A stretch of 63,212 bases of DNA, filler included. It is 12 parts of 12 records of this genome, joined end to end, with 100 filler letters (N's around TTAATTAATTAA, not from the genome) between each part and the next. Parts side by side here need not be neighbours in the genome. Positions count along the whole stretch, not along the records: positions 58,707 to 61,038 come from SRR9670534_1281; positions 61,139 to 63,212 come from SRR9670534_1294; 10 more parts are not named here. The stretch is one strand, 5' to 3'. Made by a program: the position numbers and the translations under genes. Each line of letters begins with the position of its first letter. Within the stretch, counting starts at the first letter, position 1. The notes under the pieces are model-generated. The model was given only the letters and a program-made list of their open reading frames with translations. It searched no databases and was not told the DNA's origin. Shown one piece after another: positions 59,158 through 63,212 of this stretch.

Positions 59158-60887
59158 CCTGGATAAACACAAGTCTGAGTCTCAGGTTCCTTGACAAAAC
59201 CTTCAATGCATGCGCAAATAGGTCCATATATAATATCGTCAATGCATTTTTCATTAATACCGCATCGAATATTCGTACAGTCACGTATAGTCGTAGTGAC
59301 TATGGGAGTTGTAGCAACAACAGTAGCATCACATGTACCCACATAGCTGTCACAAACAATCTGAGAATTTTCATTCACATAACATTCTTGTGATGCTGAA
59401 GGACAAGTCTCAAGACATGGGTCATATTGAAGACACTGTCCAGGATATCTTAGATAACCCGGTTTGCATACACATTTCTGAGTATTGGTAGCTAAATCCA
59501 CAGCACAACACTGACCTTCACCGCAAGTTTCACCACCACAAGTTTGGTATTCTATGAAATTATATATTATTACCAATGATAAAAATCACTCTAAAACTAT
59601 GGTAATTAGTAAACATACCTGCTATAATGGCAGTACATTGGTCATAAGCGTTACCTTCAAACCCACTATTACATTGACAATACCCATTGGAGCAAAAAGC
59701 ATTCGCGCCACATCGGACAGCGTCACATGGATTACTTGTTACTAAAACAATTATTTGTATTATTAATAAATCATTACATATTAGGGCAATAATTTCACAT
59801 AAACATTTTATTTGTGATCATTTAATCAAGTTAAATTTGACAAATTTATCCGAATATTGTTGCCAATGATTCGTTGGTACCCTGTCAGCAACACTGATTG
59901 TAACAATGTTACATATTGGTGATCGAAATTTAATCGAATAGTAATTGAAATCTATCAATTAATGAATTTAATTACACAATATATAGGAAATGTTTGCTTA
60001 TTATTTTAATAATTATTATTATAGTGTAATAATAATTATTATTGTTATAACAATTTATTATTAATTCTTCATGTTTACTAATATTACAAAATAATGCACA
60101 ATATAGTCAAGCAAGCAAAGCTGTGCTAGCTCAATTTTCCAGCTAATGCAGAATTCTTGCATAGTCTCCATCAAGTTGATGGCATAAACGCAATTGTAAA
60201 TGTATAATATCATTATTATTAATTAATAAATGGATTTTGCAAAATCCTCGGTCATCATAGTTATCATATTTTCAATAACATTTCTATGTACCTACGCTTT
60301 TACTATGTGCAAATGTATCGTAAAACAAAAGCTTGTAGACACGGCAAAACATAGTCGTGACAGCAACTACGGCGCTTTACGAACTCCCTTACTGCATTGT
60401 TTTATTAAAAGCAATTATTACTCATAGACAAATTTGTCTATGTTATTACTGCAGTGCTGAAAGCCAACTGAATACTTTTGGCTATTACGCACTTACCAAC
60501 AGAAATTTGAGTACAAGTAGAATAAGGATCCCCTTCATATCCACTGTTACAAACACAAAGCCCACTGTTATCACAGTATGCATTATACCCACATCGAACA
60601 GTTTCACAAGGATCTGAAGTAAGAGAAACAACTCGTTAACTTCGCTGATTATGACATACAGTAGTGCAAAGCAACAAGCATTGCTTTAGAAGCATAAGTA
60701 CAATATACAATGCTCATCTTGTGTACTGAAGCACCTTGTGGATAAATTTACAAGTATTCAATGCTTACCAACAGTTATCAAGGTACAACCAGAATAATAA
60801 GGATCACCCTCATAACCACTATTACATAAACAGTATCCATTTTCACAATAGGCATTAGAAGAACACTGAAGCTCAGCACATGGATCT
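59158..60887 (-). CDS. EGF-like repeat protein, internal exons
   Basis: Repeated phase-1 exons: DPCAELQCSSNAYCENGYCLCNSGYEGDPY, DPCETVRCGYNAYC..., NPCDAVRCGANAFC..., and the Cys-rich exon 59158-59551. Confidence 0.85.
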
Positions 60888-61445
60888 GAAAAAAACCTCA
60901 GAAACATGTATGCTGAATTTCCATATAAACAGCGACATCTTTTTACTCGTAATAGTGCAATACATTTGTGTATTCATAGGAATTGGCAAAGACCTACCGA
61001 CAGTTATCAATGTGCAACCATTGTAGAAGGCATCACCCNNNNNNNNNNNNNNNNNNNNNNNNNNNNNNNNNNNNNNNNNNNNTTAATTAATTAANNNNNN
61101 NNNNNNNNNNNNNNNNNNNNNNNNNNNNNNNNNNNNNNTAACGGTACGTATGCATTACAATAATTACAATAATTACATGTACAGTAAATTGCATTACCAA
61201 TAAATTGTGGTATGTACCTATAATACCGGTAATTGTTGAATAGGTAATTAGGTACATGTACAGAATCTGTACTACAGACTATATGATACAGTACATTATA
61301 GCAATGACCATTTGTTCAACTATTGTTCCAAACGTACTGCACCACTGACTCTGTTAATAAAATAAGTTTTTCACACACTGTGATTCACAATTTTTGCTTC
61401 TTATTAAAATTTAGATTTTCAAATAATTTACCCACTTGTTGTACA

Positions 61446-62532
61446 ATGCCTAGAAGAAGTGGTGGTGGAAGAAGATCCGGAGGATTTGGTGGCGGTGGTG
61501 GTGGCTTTGGTGGCTTTGGTGGATTTCGGTCAAAGTCCAGACCCGTTAGGTACCTATGTATTATTATTTACATAGTATGTAGGTACTGTAATAACATATT
61601 ATTTTGTAGCACGTTACATTGTACTAGGTATATTATTACATTGTACTTATTACATTTTGACTTGTTACCTTTTCCTTGAACAATTTGACTTGTTACCTTT
61701 TCCATAAAAACAAATTGCTATGCATGTTCTCAAAATTTATTGTTTTAGCACAACAACACAACGTTCCAAACCACCCCCTCCGAAACCTCAGCCTTCTGCT
61801 GTACCTGCGAAATCTACGCAAGGAGCTGCAACTACTCGTCAAGGTGGTGCTGGTGGTGTCGTTCGTGACATTGCAACTACAGCTGCTGGTGTTGCTGCTG
61901 GAAGCATGATTGTATGTATACTTGGTACTCATAGTATTCATATTTGGCACCTACCTACTATATGAAGCATAGGTACATGTATATGCTGTACTGTATACAT
62001 ATGTATAGGGTATGTAGGTAAATCATGTATTGCATCATCAATACGGTTCATATTATGAACTTCATAAATAATAAGTACACAACTCACAATTGTGATTGAC
62101 AAGTTACGCAATATTATTAGTGAATTTCAAATTCAAAAGTTCTGAGTTCGTTCGAGTGCTTGATACGAATTGTGTTACTGTTGATTCGTATTGCACGCGA
62201 AATTCGCATCGCGAATTCTGAAATGAATTATTACTACACGGTAGTAGTAGTAAATATTTATAATAATGGATTGTTCATTATAGGCTCGTTCGTTATTTGG
62301 TGGCTGGGGAGGCGGTGAAGAAGCCCCTGTTCAAGAAAATTTCCAAGGACAGCCTCAGGATCAAATTGCGCAGCAACCGCAACAGATGGAGCAACAACAA
62401 AGGCCCCAAGATTATTGCGCGTTCGAAGCCAAACAACTTTACGAATGTGTCAGTAGTCAACCAGACATGAGCGTATGCGATGGATATAAAAGCATCTTGA
62501 CGGAGTGCAAGAATTACTATGGAATTATGTAG
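61446..62532 (+). CDS. CHCHD2: CHCHD2/CHCHD10 (Mix17)-like mitochondrial protein, 3 exons
   Basis: MPRRS..Arg/Gly N-terminus, IATTAAGVAAGS helix, twin CX9C (CAFEAKQLYEC...CDGYKSILTEC). Confidence 0.88.
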
Positions 62533-63212
62533 TAATGGATATATCATGAACATATGCAATAGAAAAATCTCCAGTTTATTATCTGCCATATTTTTGTGTG
62601 TAAGTTTACCTATTGGTTTTATTTTACCTACCTATGTTTATTTGAGTCTTTTTATTAATAATACTTTCGAATATTGTGTTGTGTTTTCAACGGACGGTAC
62701 ATGTACGCTTTACGTTATTAATATGCTTACTACTATTATTACGTAACACCTTTATACTGCAGTATTATTTCACTTTATTTAAAAAAACCTTTTCTAATGT
62801 ATCAATATTCATAATAAAAAGAGGTTTTGGGTAAATAATTACGATTGGTGAATCTCGAGATAAACTTGAGGTTATTTTTGTTGTATTGCAACCTTATCAT
62901 TAGCAATTTATTGTTTACACCTGTTCGAGCAAATTATCAGTTTACCTTGATCCATCATTTATCATCGTGTCCATCTTTATTAGTAATAGTAATAACCTTG
63001 GCAAGATGATTATTATCAACAGAGTTGTAGCCTTTGCTTCAAATTTTTCATATGACAGTTATTGTACTGAATACGTTTATTATTATTAATAATACCTAAT
63101 AATACACATATTAATTTTTTCTATTAATACCATAGGTATTATATATTATAATAATTATATAAAGGTTTTAACTTATAACCTTTATATGGGCATTTTCACC
63201 GTTACGTACGCA

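Overview
This is not one locus. It is 12 unrelated contigs joined by artificial 100-nt spacers (N-run, TTAATTAATTAA, N-run). Contig 1 (1-4175) is a low-GC bacterium: tilS, rplY, tRNA-Gln, rmuC and two MotA/TolQ/ExbB genes. The rest is an AT-rich, intron-containing animal genome. It contains a secreted pentraxin-domain gene, DIP2, a GT10 fucosyltransferase, an orphan two-exon gene, a C-type lectin, a DEG/ENaC-like channel with large inserts, a catalytically degenerate Na+/K+-ATPase alpha-like gene, RRP36, CFAP45, STOX, an EGF-repeat gene and CHCHD2/10. The most striking item is contig 4 (24000-33109), a ~9-kb non-LTR retrotransposon (APE endonuclease + RT, (GAATA)n tail). Its five listed ORFs are all in ONE reading frame of ~2,900 codons, broken only by isolated point stops. 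That frame runs through what look like three intron-containing cargo genes plus their introns and intergenic DNA, and splicing of each gene's last intron shifts frame to give it its own stop. A second, more decayed LINE (contig 5) has ORF1 and ORF2 in the same frame, separated by a TGA-CTA readthrough-type context. All exon boundaries were read by eye from GT/AG sites and frame continuity. No database searches were run.
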